Shown here: positions 40,053 through 52,102 of the stretch, piece by piece
Layout of the letters: every line of letters starts with the position of its first letter
How positions within the stretch are numbered: position 1 is the stretch's first letter
Source of the DNA: a virus
Taxonomy: Duplodnaviria; Caudoviricetes
DNA length: 64,000 nt
Direction: 5' to 3' (one strand)
IMG/VR virus record: IMGVR_UViG_2864653697_000002
Notes under the pieces: generated by a model
Seen by the model: only the letters and a program-made list of their open reading frames with translations
Told to the model about the DNA's origin: nothing
The model's database searches: none
Position numbers and translations under genes: made by a program

Positions 40053-42943
40053 AGCTCGATCCACACCGCCTGGTCGCCCCAGACCCTCTGGCGGCGACGC
40101 AAAATGTTACCGAGCAGCCCCTCTTCCGTTTTCAGGCCGACGAGCTCTCCCGGGATGGTGACGCGAAGCGGCGACCGACCTGCCAAGGCGCGCACGCCGA
40201 GACTCGGCCAGTATGCGATCAGATGCTTGTGCACCGGATGGCGCTGCCCCTCGAAGCCAGCGTCCCTGGCCCTGTATTGGTTGTGGAAGACGATCATCTC
40301 CAAGGGCAGCGGCCGCGGACGTTCGAAGCCGAAGCGCGCGGCGATACGTTCGATCAGGGTCACAGCTCAACTCCTTCAAAAACAGTTCGGATAGATATTT
40401 CGCCGGATCGCCGCCGAGCGCGATGCACGCGCCGTTCCATGCGGCCTCCCATTCCTTGGCGACGCGTCCGGAGCATGACAGGGCAGGCTTGGTCTCGTCG
40501 CGGTAGCGCGGCACCACCTGGTCGGCGATTTCCGTGCAGCGGCTGGATAGGGTTTCGGGCGTCAGCGCGATGCGCTCGCCTGGCATGAGCCGTTCGATCG
40601 TCACCATGACGTCGGCACTCCATAGGCGTTGCCGACGAGGTTCAGAAACTGCTCGATCCGATGCCGCGCGTGATCAGGTGTCATCCGGTCGTAGAGCCCG
40701 TCGAGCGAAGGCGGAACGCGCGACCCGACGCGGCGCCAAGCCTGCGTGGGCACATCGATCGGGAGCTCGTCGGCGAACTGCTCGAGAAGCAGCACCGTTC
40801 CCTCGCAGCGGATGTTGAGCGTGTGTATCTGATCGGCGCGCGATCGGTAATAGTCGCCACGCGTGAAGACCCGGCTGCGCCCCTCTTCGACAAGGAACTC
40901 TTCGCGCTCCCACGTAAAGCCGTCACCACCGTTCAGAGGCGTGCGATACGAGAAACGGTCGTAGCGCGAGCTATGGAACATGTATTTGCTGAGTCTGGCT
41001 CCGTCCCCGTCCCCGATCGAGAAATATGTACGGTTCCGCACTGCGCCGGCCATCACCGTCGTCACGAAGGCGTAGCGGTGGTTGTGCGGGATCACCAGTT
41101 CCGGCAGGTGCGCCAGATCGCCGTCGAAGAAATAGACCTTGCGGGTCAACTCCAGCGTGCGGCTGAGGCACAGATAGTCGAACCCGCGAACGTGGAAGTT
41201 ACGGTACGAGTTCGCACAGATCGTCTCGATGTCGTTCATCCCCAGAACCCTCCGGCGCCGAGCAGAACGATCCAGATGACGGCAGCGCCCGTCGCCGCGG
41301 GAAAGCTATACGGTTCGCGCGGCTGGCCGTGCTTGGCCAACTGGATACCAAGGCTCAGCGCGATGAGCACGATGGCGGTAATCTGCGGCCAGTTCATGAT
41401 ACCGGAACTCCTTTCCAGTTGATGTCGCTGCTGAGCAGCTCGCGTGTCGCGTTGAGCCATCGCGGCGAGAGCTGGCCGGCCTTGATGGCGACGGACACTG
41501 CGTCTCTGCGCGTCAGGAACCGGCCCGTGGACGACATGAAGCCGTCGATGTCGCCGGGCTGGCCGAGGTACGGGTTTTGATCGCCCAGAGCCATGCGCAG
41601 GTCGACGTGCGACTTGAAGGCACTGCTGGTGAGAGTGGGGCCGCGCTGGATCGCTACGGCGATGAGGCGTTCGACCGGCGCGCTCACAGCGTCTGCTCCC
41701 GTGAGGTCTTGATGGCTTTGAGTGCAGCGGTGAGCCTGCGCGCTTTGTCGTAGCGACCGGAGCGGTAATCGATCGCGCGCTCAAGACGCCCGATACCCTC
41801 GACCTGCGCCGCGCAGATTTCGCGGGCGAGCAACAGATCGGCGTCGGGCGGTGCGGCTTCGTGCTCTTCGATGTATTCGGCGAAGACGAGGATCGTCTGG
41901 GCTGAGATCATTGGATTTGACAACCTGGTGGCGCGCTTCACGTCCTCTGCTGTGAGCATGCTCGCTATGCTGGGATACAGCTCGGAGGAGTCGATCCTCT
42001 TGAGCACGCGCTCGATCGCCCAGTCGGCTGGGAGTTTCGCTTCCATGGTCATTTCTCCTTCCTGCCTCAGCCCCGCACCGCGCCAGCGATGACAACGCCT
42101 TGCGGCGGGACGACGTTGGTGATCAGCGCGTCGGCCACGAGCGCGTAGAGCGCCAGGACGATCAGCGCCGCGATGCATTCGCGCGGGGTCACGGCTGAAT
42201 TTCCTGCATCGATACGATGTTCGGCTTCATGGAAAGCCATGGGACACGCCAGCCGATCGTCTCGACCCGGTAGCGCTTTCCGACCTGGAAGCGCGCCTGC
42301 ATCGAGGCGCTGTCCCACTTGCCGTTGAGAATGCCGCTGTCACGGTTCTCGAAGACTTCGCCGTTCGTGCCGAAGACGACATAGTAGCAGTCCATGTCAT
42401 CGCCGCTCGCGTCGCACTGACGCTCTTTGCTGCTGACCGTGAAGTCGTGCGTCTCGCGATGATTGTTCTTCACCACAGCGAAACCTACGCCGCATAGCGC
42501 AACGGCTGCGAAGAGGATCAGCAGCCCCGTGCAGCCGAAGGGATCATCGGACCTCATGCCTCAACACTCCGCGAGCAGAACCGGCCGCGGCGCTTCGCCT
42601 TCTCGCGCGCACCCTCGTGCGGCTTTCCGGTGTGGCGGTTGATGTGGGCGGAGTCGGAGCGCGGCGAGAGCGTCTTGCGCACGCCCTTCGTCGCCCGGTC
42701 GAGCATCATGCCCATGAGCTGCTGCGCCTTTGCGCGCTTGTAGCTGACCTTCTTCCAGCCGCGCGTCGGATGCAGTGTCTGATAGCCCGTTTCGCCGATG
42801 CGGGTCGGCTGCGGACGAACAGGCTTGTCTTCGCGCTCTGCCATCTTGCGCTCAAGGCGGCTCATGTGGCTGCCGGGGCTGTCCGGTACGATCTGGACCT
42901 TTGCATTCTTGCCGATCAGCGCCGAGTTCTTCATGTCGTCCAT
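40049..42943 (-). CDS. Run of early genes (40049-40363, 40360-40607, 40601-41239 cupin-like, 41236-41397 membrane, 41394-41687, 41684-42052, 42189-42557 exported, 42554-42943)
   Basis: Coupled co-oriented ORFs; PHNHRYAFVTTVMAG...IHTL in 40601-41239. Confidence 0.6.
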
Positions 42944-43267
42944 CGGTTCAACCTTCCGCTATGCTTGGAATCACTATAATCGTGATATGGCACCGACTCG
43001 CTGAGGCTGTCAACATAATAGTGACATCCTTCGATTTCTCCGGTGGGCCTGGCGACGCCGCCGGTCTCCAATTTCTCTGAGGTTTACCGATTTCCCCGAG
43101 AGGGGTGGCGCGGTGCGGCCTACCTCCGATTTCCCCGGGAGGGTTGACGCGGTGCGCTGTCACGTTTATAGGGATTGTCGCTTGTCATAGCGTTTCACCT
43201 GCCAGCGTTGCAACCGCGGGCAATAACCCCCGGATGGCCTTGCACGGCTGTCTGGGGGTTTCGCTTT

Positions 43268-46200
43268 TCAGTCTTCGTCAGACGTCGCGCGCAGCAAGCA
43301 CAGGCGACACGTCACCTTCGCCGGATCCGCGGTAACCAGGATGGCCCTTACGCCCGACGCGTGACGCCTCACGGCCGTTTCGATCGGACGCGGGAAGGCC
43401 GAGCCGATGGCCATATGACAATGCGTTCTGTCATGCGTCTTTGCGCCGTGGATTGCTCGGGGACGGCCGCCGGCAGTGGCGTCGCGGGGCTTCCATGGGG
43501 CGCTATGGATTGGACAGCGCACGATACCAGGGCGCACGATCCAGCCGTCTGCCCGGGCGGAGGCTTCCAGTTCGCGAAGGCTTGACGTGCTGATGCCGCG
43601 GCGCGCGCCACATATGTCGCATTCGAGATCGTGAAGGCGCCCCATGGTTGCGCCTCTTAGCTTTGCGGGCTGGAATCGAAAAGGGCGCCCCGTGAGGCGC
43701 CCCCGTCGATCGATCGGGCTGGCAGGATCAACGCACGAGCGAGACCAGGATGAAAAGCCCTATCACGCTCAATATCGAGATCGGGATCCATTCGAGGCGC
43801 TTCACCATTGCGCGCGCTTCGCTTCGTTGCTCGGGCGTTGCGATGGCGTTGCCCATGAGCGCAAGCACGGCTACCAGGATTATGATTTTCAGCATGGCGG
43901 CGACTCCTGGCGCAGTCTCGCTATAACGCGATATCCTATAAAGTCCGCGTCGTCCGGATCGTCCGACCATTCCGGTTGCTCGTTGATTTCTTCCGATGTG
44001 CGTACCAATTCGAATTCCGGAAAAGCCGCCTCGAATCTTTTGATCAGACGATTTATGCAAGTGGTGCAACCGCCATCCGCCGTGCCGATTATATCAGCCG
44101 CCTTCTGTGCCTCTTCCAGTGTCATTTCTTTCCCTCTCTACCAGTCGAAGCCGGTGCAGGCTTCACGCGGGGCGCTGGCCGCAATGAATGCTTCCAGCTT
44201 GGCGATGCGGCCTGGCATAGCCTCATAGGCGGCGCGGACTTGTTCGGGGGATTCGCATTCCCTGCCGTCCGCCCATTTCGTCCCCTGCCCCGCGCCGACC
44301 AGACTCTTAGCATAGTCCATGCCGTCGCGCTCGAGCTCGATTTTATCCCTGGCGCGCTTCATTGCGCGCTCGGCGCAGTAGCCGCGGCCGCTCAACAGGG
44401 TTTCGATATCGTCGGCGATGACGTTGCATAGTGCCGTGAAGCCCTTCGCGGCGCGGCTTGCCTTGGTGAAATGATACGCGTTGACGTCTCCGAAAGCCGA
44501 TGAAAAGGCCCATAGACTCCCGTGGTCAACGTTCCATGTAAGATCGTAATAGTCGGGAGACGGCGCCGAGCCGTCAAACTCGACGTGCACATAGGGGCCG
44601 CCCTCGACTTCGATTTTCAGGCGGATTTCGCGCGGATGCAGGGAATCCGGGCGCGTCACCTTTGCGCCCTTTTCGGTCGCGAGGGCTTCCAGGATATCGG
44701 CCATTTTCGCGCGATCGGCTTTGCGCTTTTCGGTCAGTTGCATGTTGATTTTCCCTCTCATGTTGACGGGTTAGGCGAGCGGAGACCAAAGCAGGCCGGC
44801 CGCTGACATGTCAGCACGGAAGGCCTCAATGAGCGCCGGCAGTCGCGCCTCAAGCGCCGCTTTCAACTCGTCCGGTTCGGCGCTCAACTCTTCGTCAGTC
44901 GCATCCGGCCATGCGGCGGATTGGCGCGCCGCGTCTAGGTCGCGCGCCTTCCCCTCCCCTTCGCGATACAGGGGAACCCATTTCAAAACCGGCGCTGGCG
45001 GTAAGTCTTCCTGCTGTCCGTCAAAGCCTTTTTCGAGGATGAACAACGGGACGGTTTCCGCGCCCCGATACATGTCACCGGTCGGCGTGCTCGAAATGCG
45101 AACCCCTTCCGCGTTGACCGCTTCAAGAGTCCAACACGGTTGTTTCGTGCGCCCATTGATGATTTGGCGCCGCTCTCCCGCCCGCAGGCCGTTATGGTCT
45201 CGATCGCCGGCATGGTAGATGGTATTGCTGATATAGTGCATCGGCCCGTCAGTACTGCACAAATGCCATTTGATGAGATGCGCCAACTCCGGAAAAGTCT
45301 CGGCGATTGCCTCATGGTGACAGCCGATTGAACCGTCATCGATGCGGCGCGCGGCGCCCGAAATTTCGGCGGTTATTGCGAATGACTGGTGCCCATTTTT
45401 GCAACTGTCATCGAATCGAATGACCGCATGCAGTCGAGCATTTGGGCCATATATCCGCGCCTCTCGGCCGCGGCGCCCTTCGCTTATCCACTTTTGAGCG
45501 CTGAAAAGATGCGGCGCATCCGGGCGAACATGACGGGCATATAGGCGCCCATCAATTCCGTTGATCGCATGGCGGGTTTCGTCGCTGAACGGCTTATTCA
45601 TGTTTCATTCTCCCTATAATGTTGACAGGTTAGGCGCGCGAATCCGACCATGGAGCGCGCGTTGCGGTCTCGCCGTAGCGGCGCTGTCCGGCCGCAATGG
45701 CGTCCATCATCCGCGTGTAATAGCGGGCGCTGCATTCGCCTTCGGCCATGACGTAGCAATCACTGCCGGGCTTCGACCAGCACAAGCGCCAGAAACGCGG
45801 GTGCATGATGTCGCGCATGACGTAGAGGCGCTCCGACTGATCGGGCTGCAATCCTCTGTCTGCGGCCATGGCATAGGGGCGCATTAGCGTTGCCCCTTTT
45901 CGGCAGGCAGTTCCACCAGTCGCGCGCCACGGCCTTCAGACCAAGTGAAGCGAAGTCCCGAGCCATCCGAATAGCGCGCTTCCGTGAGCGTTACGCGCCC
46001 GGCGCCGTTGCGCTTTTCCTTGATGATCTTCGCGGCCTCAAAGAGGGTGCGGGCCGCCGCCGTAGTGGACGGCATAGCCGCCTTGCAGCGTGTAAGCCGC
46101 TGCGCCGCTGCAGGCCTTCGCGACGTCCAGTGCAATGCTCATTTCCCAAATCCTTCCATGTCGAGCGAGCGCAGCGCCTTGACGGCTTTTCTCCAGTGAG

Positions 46201-48240
46201 CGCGCGTCGCGTGAATGATTACGGCGATGGCGATCAGGCTTATCGTCGCTGCGCCTATGAGGTGGGCGATATGGTTCATTTCACGCTCTTGGCGCGCAGG
46301 CCGTTGCCGACTCCGACATCGTCGAGATATTTGCCTTCGCCGTGGAAGGTCGCGAAGCCGGGATAACCCTGGAAGATCGCGCGGACTTCGCGAAGTGCAG
46401 CTTTGCGACTGAGCCATTCCGGCGAGCTGAGCGTCAGCGTGACGACAATTTCTTTCCGCTTGGTCATGTTCCAGTATCCCCATTATATTGACGACTCGGA
46501 TAGTCCGCGCCGTTTCCGTGACGCCATTTGCTCTTAAATCTTAGCGTCTGTCAACATTATAGTGACACGCTGTGCACGATCATGTGGTGCGAGTTTCTGC
46601 GCGTCCTGCATCCTGCGCCGCTCGGCCCATGTGCGGCCGGACGCGTCGCGCAACGGCCATGCGCTATCGGGCGATTTGCGTTTCATGTGCCGGACCCTTC
46701 CGTCTATCGTTGAGGCAGGCGCAGCAAGCGCCCGTCGACGTGTAGCGCTCGCCGTCATGGCCGCGCTTGCACATGGGGCCGACGTAGCGCGTTACGCCAA
46801 GTAGCCTGGCGGCTTCGCGCTCGCGGTCTATGGGGCGGCCTTTCATGCCACGAGACTCTTTGCCGCGTTAAGAACTTCGCGCCCTAGGTCTGTTATGGCG
46901 ACTTCGCGCCAAATCTCATGAACCCTTCCACGCAACGGATCAGGGGTCGATATATCGAAGTCGCCGCGCAAAATCTCTTTGTCGATAAGCGTTCCGATGG
47001 AACGTGCAGCCTGAGCGTGAAAACAATGCGCGCCGCGAGAAACTAGCAACAGCTTTTCGTACTGCGCCAATGTCATTGCGCGCGCCAAACGTTCAGCCCG
47101 AGTCATTGCAACGTGCTCCCGATTACTTCGCGCTCTGCCGTGGCGCAGATGATCCTTACCGCTTCGCGCTCGCGGTCTATGGGGCGGCCTTTCATGGACG
47201 GCCGCAGCGCTCTGCAGCGCGCAGCTCGGCGGCTTTGAGGCGCAATTCCTCAAATGCGATGCGGGCAGCAGGATCAGAACGATCGATGCGCCCGTGCATC
47301 TTTTCGTCGACGAACGCGGCGAATTCGACGGCTGAGGCTTTGCGCTTGAAGCGGCTGGCGTAACCGTCACCGCTATCGCCCGTGACGGCGAAGGCATTGC
47401 TCGGCTCTTCGCCGTCAGTGAAGCGCCCCATGACAATCCACGGCGCCGCGCCGTTGCGCTTTTCGATATAGGTTTCAAACGTGCGGACCATGTCTCTATG
47501 CCTTCCATTTGGCGAAGAGCGTGCCGATTGGGCGCCCCTTGCGGTCATGCAAATCAGCATCGCAGCATGTCGGCGCATTCGATATCCCATGATGCACGCT
47601 GCAGTGCTTGGCGGACGGTCGGCGCCAATGACGGCGCCAGCACGCTGAAATCCGGAATGCGTGCCATGCTGCGATGCTTATAGGCGGGCACGCCATTATG
47701 AGTTTGGCGCAGCAATCCGCCGCTATGATATTCAACCGTGAACATGTTGATTATCCCTCTTGTGTTGACAGGCTGGGCGCGCGTTTAGCGTCAGTGGAAC
47801 GTGAGGCCTCCGAGCGTCTTCCGGTCTAGCGCGGCGCAGATGGCCCTTGCGGCTTCGATCTCGGGCGCCGAGAAATACGGCGCTTCCTGCCCCAATTCGG
47901 CGAGCAACTCGGGCTCTTCCACCCATGTGATGATCTCAATGGCCCGATCTTCGTCCATGGACGTGGCGGCCATCTCGAGCACCTGCGCCCAATCGTCGGT
48001 TTCGAGCAGCGGCAGGGCGTCAGTGCTATGCTGCCCTTCCACCATGCGGATGACGGCGAAGCGCGGAGTATCGGGGAACTCTTTCTGCGCCGGATCGACA
48101 TAGTCGATGAACACGCCCATGCTCTGACTGATCAGCCAGAACGGGCATGGATCGTTGTGCCAGCTTGCGTCCTGCCAATGGGCCGGGATGGCCGGCAGGC
48201 TTGACGCGTCATAGTCGGGGAATTCCGTGGCGTAGGTCAT
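43268..48240 (-). CDS. Cluster of small immediate-early-type genes (43268-43645, 43889-44125, 44138-44743, 44771-45601, 45630-45884, 45884-46135, 46276-46467, 46664-46846, 47554-47745, 47791-48240 and others)
   Basis: Short co-oriented ORFs, several with an RBS inside the dispersed palindrome; no function recognised. Confidence 0.6.
43679..43704 (-). terminator. Leftward rho-independent terminator
   Basis: GGGGCGCC-TCAC-GGGGCGCCC-TTTT on the minus strand. Confidence 0.6.
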
Positions 48241-48384
48241 TTCGAATCACTCCGTTTCCTTGTCCCTATTTGCTCTTAAATCTTAGCGCCTGTCAACATT
48301 GTAGTGACAGGACTGCGAGCTCCGAGCTGTGCCGGCTGCAGCTCTGCAGCGCCTGGCGCCTTGGGGACGCGTGAGCTGTGCGCC

Positions 48385-49100
48385 TCTTAGTGCGTTTGCG
48401 TGTCTGTGCGTGTCTGAGGGGTGGCGAGGTGGAGGCTTGGCGCCTTTGCGGCTTTGCGTGTCTGTGCGTGTCCTGACGTGTCTGTGCGTGTCATCGTGAA
48501 GGCTTTGGGTCTCTTAGCCCTGCCTCGCAGTGTCCTGACGTGTCTGTGCGTGTCTGTGCGTGTCTGAGGCTTTGCGCGCTCTTAAGAGTTAAGAGTTAAG
48601 AGAAAAGCCTTTTATCCTTTGATCTCAATGGCTTAAGGTACTATGCCGTCGACCGCGGCAAGGGCGGGGAGCGCTGAGCGCGATTCTCGCAAGGTTCCGG
48701 AGGTGCCGCTGAGACAAATGCACCTTTTGCTAAGATAAAATAGCCTGGCACGCACAGACACGTCAGTGGAATGGGTCATCTGAACAGGGTGCAACAGGTG
48801 AACAGCCTCTGAAAAAAGCTGTTCACCCTCAAACCCGCAGAAATCCTTGAGTTTGAACAGGTGAACAGGTGAACAGCTTTTCCTATAACTTCTCTACAGG
48901 GAGGGGTATTTTGAATAAGCCGTAAAGGCACGGCACTGGTAGACCTCAGAGGCGCGAAAAAAAAAACACCCCTGTAGAGAAGTTATAGGAATCGGCCAAA
49001 AAGCTGTTCATCCTGTTCACTTCGCCATAACACATTGATTTTACAGTTAAAAATCCGCACAGGGTGGGTGCACAGGGTGCGCACAGGGTTCCGACCCTGT
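48385..49100. repeat. Repeat-rich non-coding region, candidate replication origin and/or cos region
   Basis: GTGTCTGTGC iterations, (TTAAGAG)x3, GAACAGGT repeats, perfect 21-bp inverted repeat at 48881-48901 and 48970-48990, A-tract; next to the primase gene end. Confidence 0.7.
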
Positions 49101-49170
49101 TGCACCTCACGCGCAACGAGAAAGGGCGCCGATCGCTCGACGCCCTCTTCGGTTCAGATGCGGTGGAACA

Positions 49171-51663
49171 TCAACGCCTCAACTCTTTGCGCCGATAGAC
49201 CCGCTGGCGCCCGATACCCTTCTTGAAGGTGATAAAGCTGCCCGGAGCTTCCCAGTTGGACAGCTTCGCCATAGCGCGTCCAAGCATCTGGGCGTTCTGC
49301 TGCGTATAGTCTTTGCGTTCGCGCTCGAGCGCTTCGCACCAGATCTCGACGAGGCAGGTCTCCTTGCGGATTTGCCCTTCATCCTCGCCGTCGATGCTGC
49401 CGGAACGGATCGGCGCGTCAAGCCATGCCTCGATCTGCCCGGCCATCGCGTCCTCGACCGTCTCCACCCTGGCGGATTCTTGAAGCCGTGCGGCGATATC
49501 CTGGGCTTCGGCTTCCGCCAGATAGAGCGGCAGCACGCCGCGCGGCTGGATCCGGCGCATCTCGCGGTAATGGACGACGGCCTCGGCCCAAAGCTGATCG
49601 ACTTCGCGCTCAAGGCGATCCGTGTCGATGCTATCGACCTCGCAGACGATCGGCCAGAAGCGTCGGTTGCCGGTATCGTCCTTCAGGTACTTGAAGTCGT
49701 TGGTCGATCCGAAGAATATGCATTGGCGGTGGAATTCCTGCGCGCGCTTCGCATAGGCGAGACGCACCTTGTCCGAGCGGCGGCTGAGGAACGCCTTGAT
49801 GTGGCGGACGTCGGCCCTGACGAAGCCGCCAAGCTCGGGCATCTCGAGTATCCATGCCCCCTGCATCGCCTCAACCATGGCTCTCGCGTCTTCGAACTCA
49901 CCTTCGAGCTCAGCGAACCAGCTCTTCGCGAGGATGCTGATGAAGGTCGACTTGCGCTTGCCCTGCAAGCCCTGAAGAATGACCGCGCTGTCGAACTTCG
50001 CGCCCGGCTCGTACACACGCGTGACGCCGGCCGTCAGGATCAAGCGCGCAACGCTGCGAGTATAGGCGTCGTCAGGGGCGCCGAGATAGTCGACGAACAG
50101 ACGTTCCAGGCGCGGAACCCCATCCCATTCGAGCGTGTTGAGATATTCGCGCACCGGATGGAAGGCGCTTTTGCGGGCAGTGATGTCGATGGCAGCGCGC
50201 AGGTCGCGATCGGACACCTTGATGCTGTAGCCACCCTGGGTTTTCGGCGCCTCGATCAACGACCTGATGGCGTTGTCCTTGTCCTCGGTCCAGAAATCTC
50301 CGTTCACGTTGTCGCGCAACGACCATGACGGCCCATCGAGCTGCAAGGTCGGCTTGGCGGACTTCTTGCGGGACGGCTTGACGCCCGGAACCCCGCGCTG
50401 GACGACCTCCTGGGTGAACTCGTTGAACTGCATGACGCCGGTGAACCGAACATCGTTCGCCACCAGCAGCCTGATATTGTGAAGGGTGGCTTTGATGCCG
50501 CCCTCTTCGGTGATTTCGAGCAGCGATTTCCACTCGAGATCGGGCGTTTCGTCCTTCGGTGCCTTGGCGTCGGCCTTGTCGAACTCATCCGCGTCATCGT
50601 CGTCGAGCGAATCGGCCTCAACCCCTAGCAAATCTGCGAATTCTTCGTCGATTTTGCTCGATTGCGCATCATCATCCGAGCCGGCCGTGTCGTCGTCCAG
50701 GTCATCGAGATCGTCGAGCTCGGCGGCCATAGCCGCGGCGCGGGCGTCCTGCGCCCACTGGCGGATCGTCGCCATCGTGACCGGGCGGCCGCGGTAGCGA
50801 CCAAAGCTGCGCCACTTGATGCGGCGCATCTCGCGGTCCTGACGATCCCCGGTATATTTCTTCGAGCGCTTCGTGTGGTGTAGCCACAGATCGAAGCCTT
50901 CCTGACTGCCGCCCATCTGGTGGTGGATAGCCTGGCCGAGACGGATCCAGTCGTCATAGTGAAGATCAGAGACGTCGATCGCATCGAGATCGCGCTCCAT
51001 CTGGCCAGGCTTGAAGTCCAGAGGCGGAACGGCCTCAAAGGCGTAAGCCGCATCCTCGACGACGCCCAGCGCCTCGACGTGCGAAGCCGAAACGAGCGGC
51101 CCGAACCCCAGATCGAGCATGTCGAGATCGAACGGGCGCTCCCAGCGATAAGGCTCACCGGTGTTTGGGTGGATCGACGGCGGCAGCACGACCTGCTTTC
51201 CCGAGCCGAACAGTTCCACTTCCCACTCGCAGGACCAGACGTCCTTGTCCTGAGCCTTGTCGAACCGGCGGAACTTCTCGGCAGAGGCGGCAAGGCGCCG
51301 GCTGCGGAATGGCTTTTCGGTGACGAAATAGAGGTGCCGGCTGGCGCCGCCGCTGCCCGATATGACAGAGGGGAACGACATGGCGTCCGGAAACAGCTCG
51401 AGCAGCTTCGCCATGGCCTCTTCGACCATGTCCGGCACGCGGATGTCGACGTCGAGCACATGCAGGTAGCCGCCTTCGACCTGCGACGGCTCTCCAAGTC
51501 GCACGCCTGCGTTCAGACCATCCCGATAGCTCGCGCGCAGAGCGTCAAGCGTCGCGACCGGGATGTCTGACCAGTTGTCCTTGATGGGACGTTTTGAGCG
51601 GGGTGCGAGCCAATGAACGGCGAACCCCGCGCGCACAAAAGGCGCGATCTGATCGAGCATCAC
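49171..51663 (-). CDS. Primase-helicase (Prim-Pol, PriCT-2 and VirE/SF3-like P-loop)
   Basis: VLDVDIR; SGSGGASRHLYF; VVLPPSIHPNTG; WIRLGQAIH; LQGLQGKRKSTF; DDTGNRRFWPI. Confidence 0.92.
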   Translation of the reverse strand: MMLDQIAPFVRAGFAVHWLAPRSKRPIKDNWSDIPVATLDALRASYRDGLNAGVRLGEPSQVEGGYLHVLDVDIRVPDMVEEAMAKLLELFPDAMSFPSVISGSGGASRHLYFVTEKPFRSRRLAASAEKFRRFDKAQDKDVWSCEWEVELFGSGKQVVLPPSIHPNTGEPYRWERPFDLDMLDLGFGPLVSASHVEALGVVEDAAYAFEAVPPLDFKPGQMERDLDAIDVSDLHYDDWIRLGQAIHHQMGGSQEGFDLWLHHTKRSKKYTGDRQDREMRRIKWRSFGRYRGRPVTMATIRQWAQDARAAAMAAELDDLDDLDDDTAGSDDDAQSSKIDEEFADLLGVEADSLDDDDADEFDKADAKAPKDETPDLEWKSLLEITEEGGIKATLHNIRLLVANDVRFTGVMQFNEFTQEVVQRGVPGVKPSRKKSAKPTLQLDGPSWSLRDNVNGDFWTEDKDNAIRSLIEAPKTQGGYSIKVSDRDLRAAIDITARKSAFHPVREYLNTLEWDGVPRLERLFVDYLGAPDDAYTRSVARLILTAGVTRVYEPGAKFDSAVILQGLQGKRKSTFISILAKSWFAELEGEFEDARAMVEAMQGAWILEMPELGGFVRADVRHIKAFLSRRSDKVRLAYAKRAQEFHRQCIFFGSTNDFKYLKDDTGNRRFWPIVCEVDSIDTDRLEREVDQLWAEAVVHYREMRRIQPRGVLPLYLAEAEAQDIAARLQESARVETVEDAMAGQIEAWLDAPIRSGSIDGEDEGQIRKETCLVEIWCEALERERKDYTQQNAQMLGRAMAKLSNWEAPGSFITFKKGIGRQRVYRRKELRR

Positions 51664-52007
51664 GCAAACAGGAACTTCGAGAACTCTTCACGCGCAGGTG
51701 CGGTGCCGGGACTGAGTCGAACCGCGTATCCGTGGAGGGTCTCCACGCCAGCTTTGGACAGGCGGCCGCTGCGCATCCACTTATAGACGCCCTCCCGGCT
51801 CATCCCCATGTCTTCGGCGAGCTTGACGATCAGCAGGCCTCCCATCTCGTCGGCATAGGCCGGAAACACGCCAACCAGGAAGTCATGTAGCGGCGTGCCT
51901 ATCCACTGGCCGGACGAATATCGATTTGAAGCGTAAGCCACAGGCACCCCATCGTGAAAACTTGCGTCCTTAAGAGGGTAGATAGCCCATCTCGACGGCG
52001 TTGTCAC
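51660..52007 (-). CDS. Cro-like HTH protein
   Basis: KLAEDMGMSREGVYKWMRSG; divergent from the replication operon with two palindromic sites upstream. Confidence 0.7.
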   Translation of the reverse strand: MTTPSRWAIYPLKDASFHDGVPVAYASNRYSSGQWIGTPLHDFLVGVFPAYADEMGGLLIVKLAEDMGMSREGVYKWMRSGRLSKAGVETLHGYAVRLSPGTAPAREEFSKFLFA

Positions 52008-52102
52008 TATTTTGTTGATTGTGTCACGATAATGTTGATATATACCCCTCGACTCGCCGGGTTGGCGGGCATCGATATTCGGAAAGAAGGGACACGGGGC
52101 TT

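Noticed and set aside
48385-48600. Repeats resembling a CRISPR array
   Set aside because: 10-bp iterated units with irregular spacing, no unique 30-40 bp spacers, no cas operon; the Cas4-like gene is a standard phage exonuclease
48582-48602. TTAA repeats as a CtrA box
   Set aside because: Period is 7 bp; CtrA needs TTAA-N7-TTAA (11 bp period). No full box was spotted elsewhere
48855-48876. GAAC repeats as a LexA box
   Set aside because: Spacing is N4, not N7
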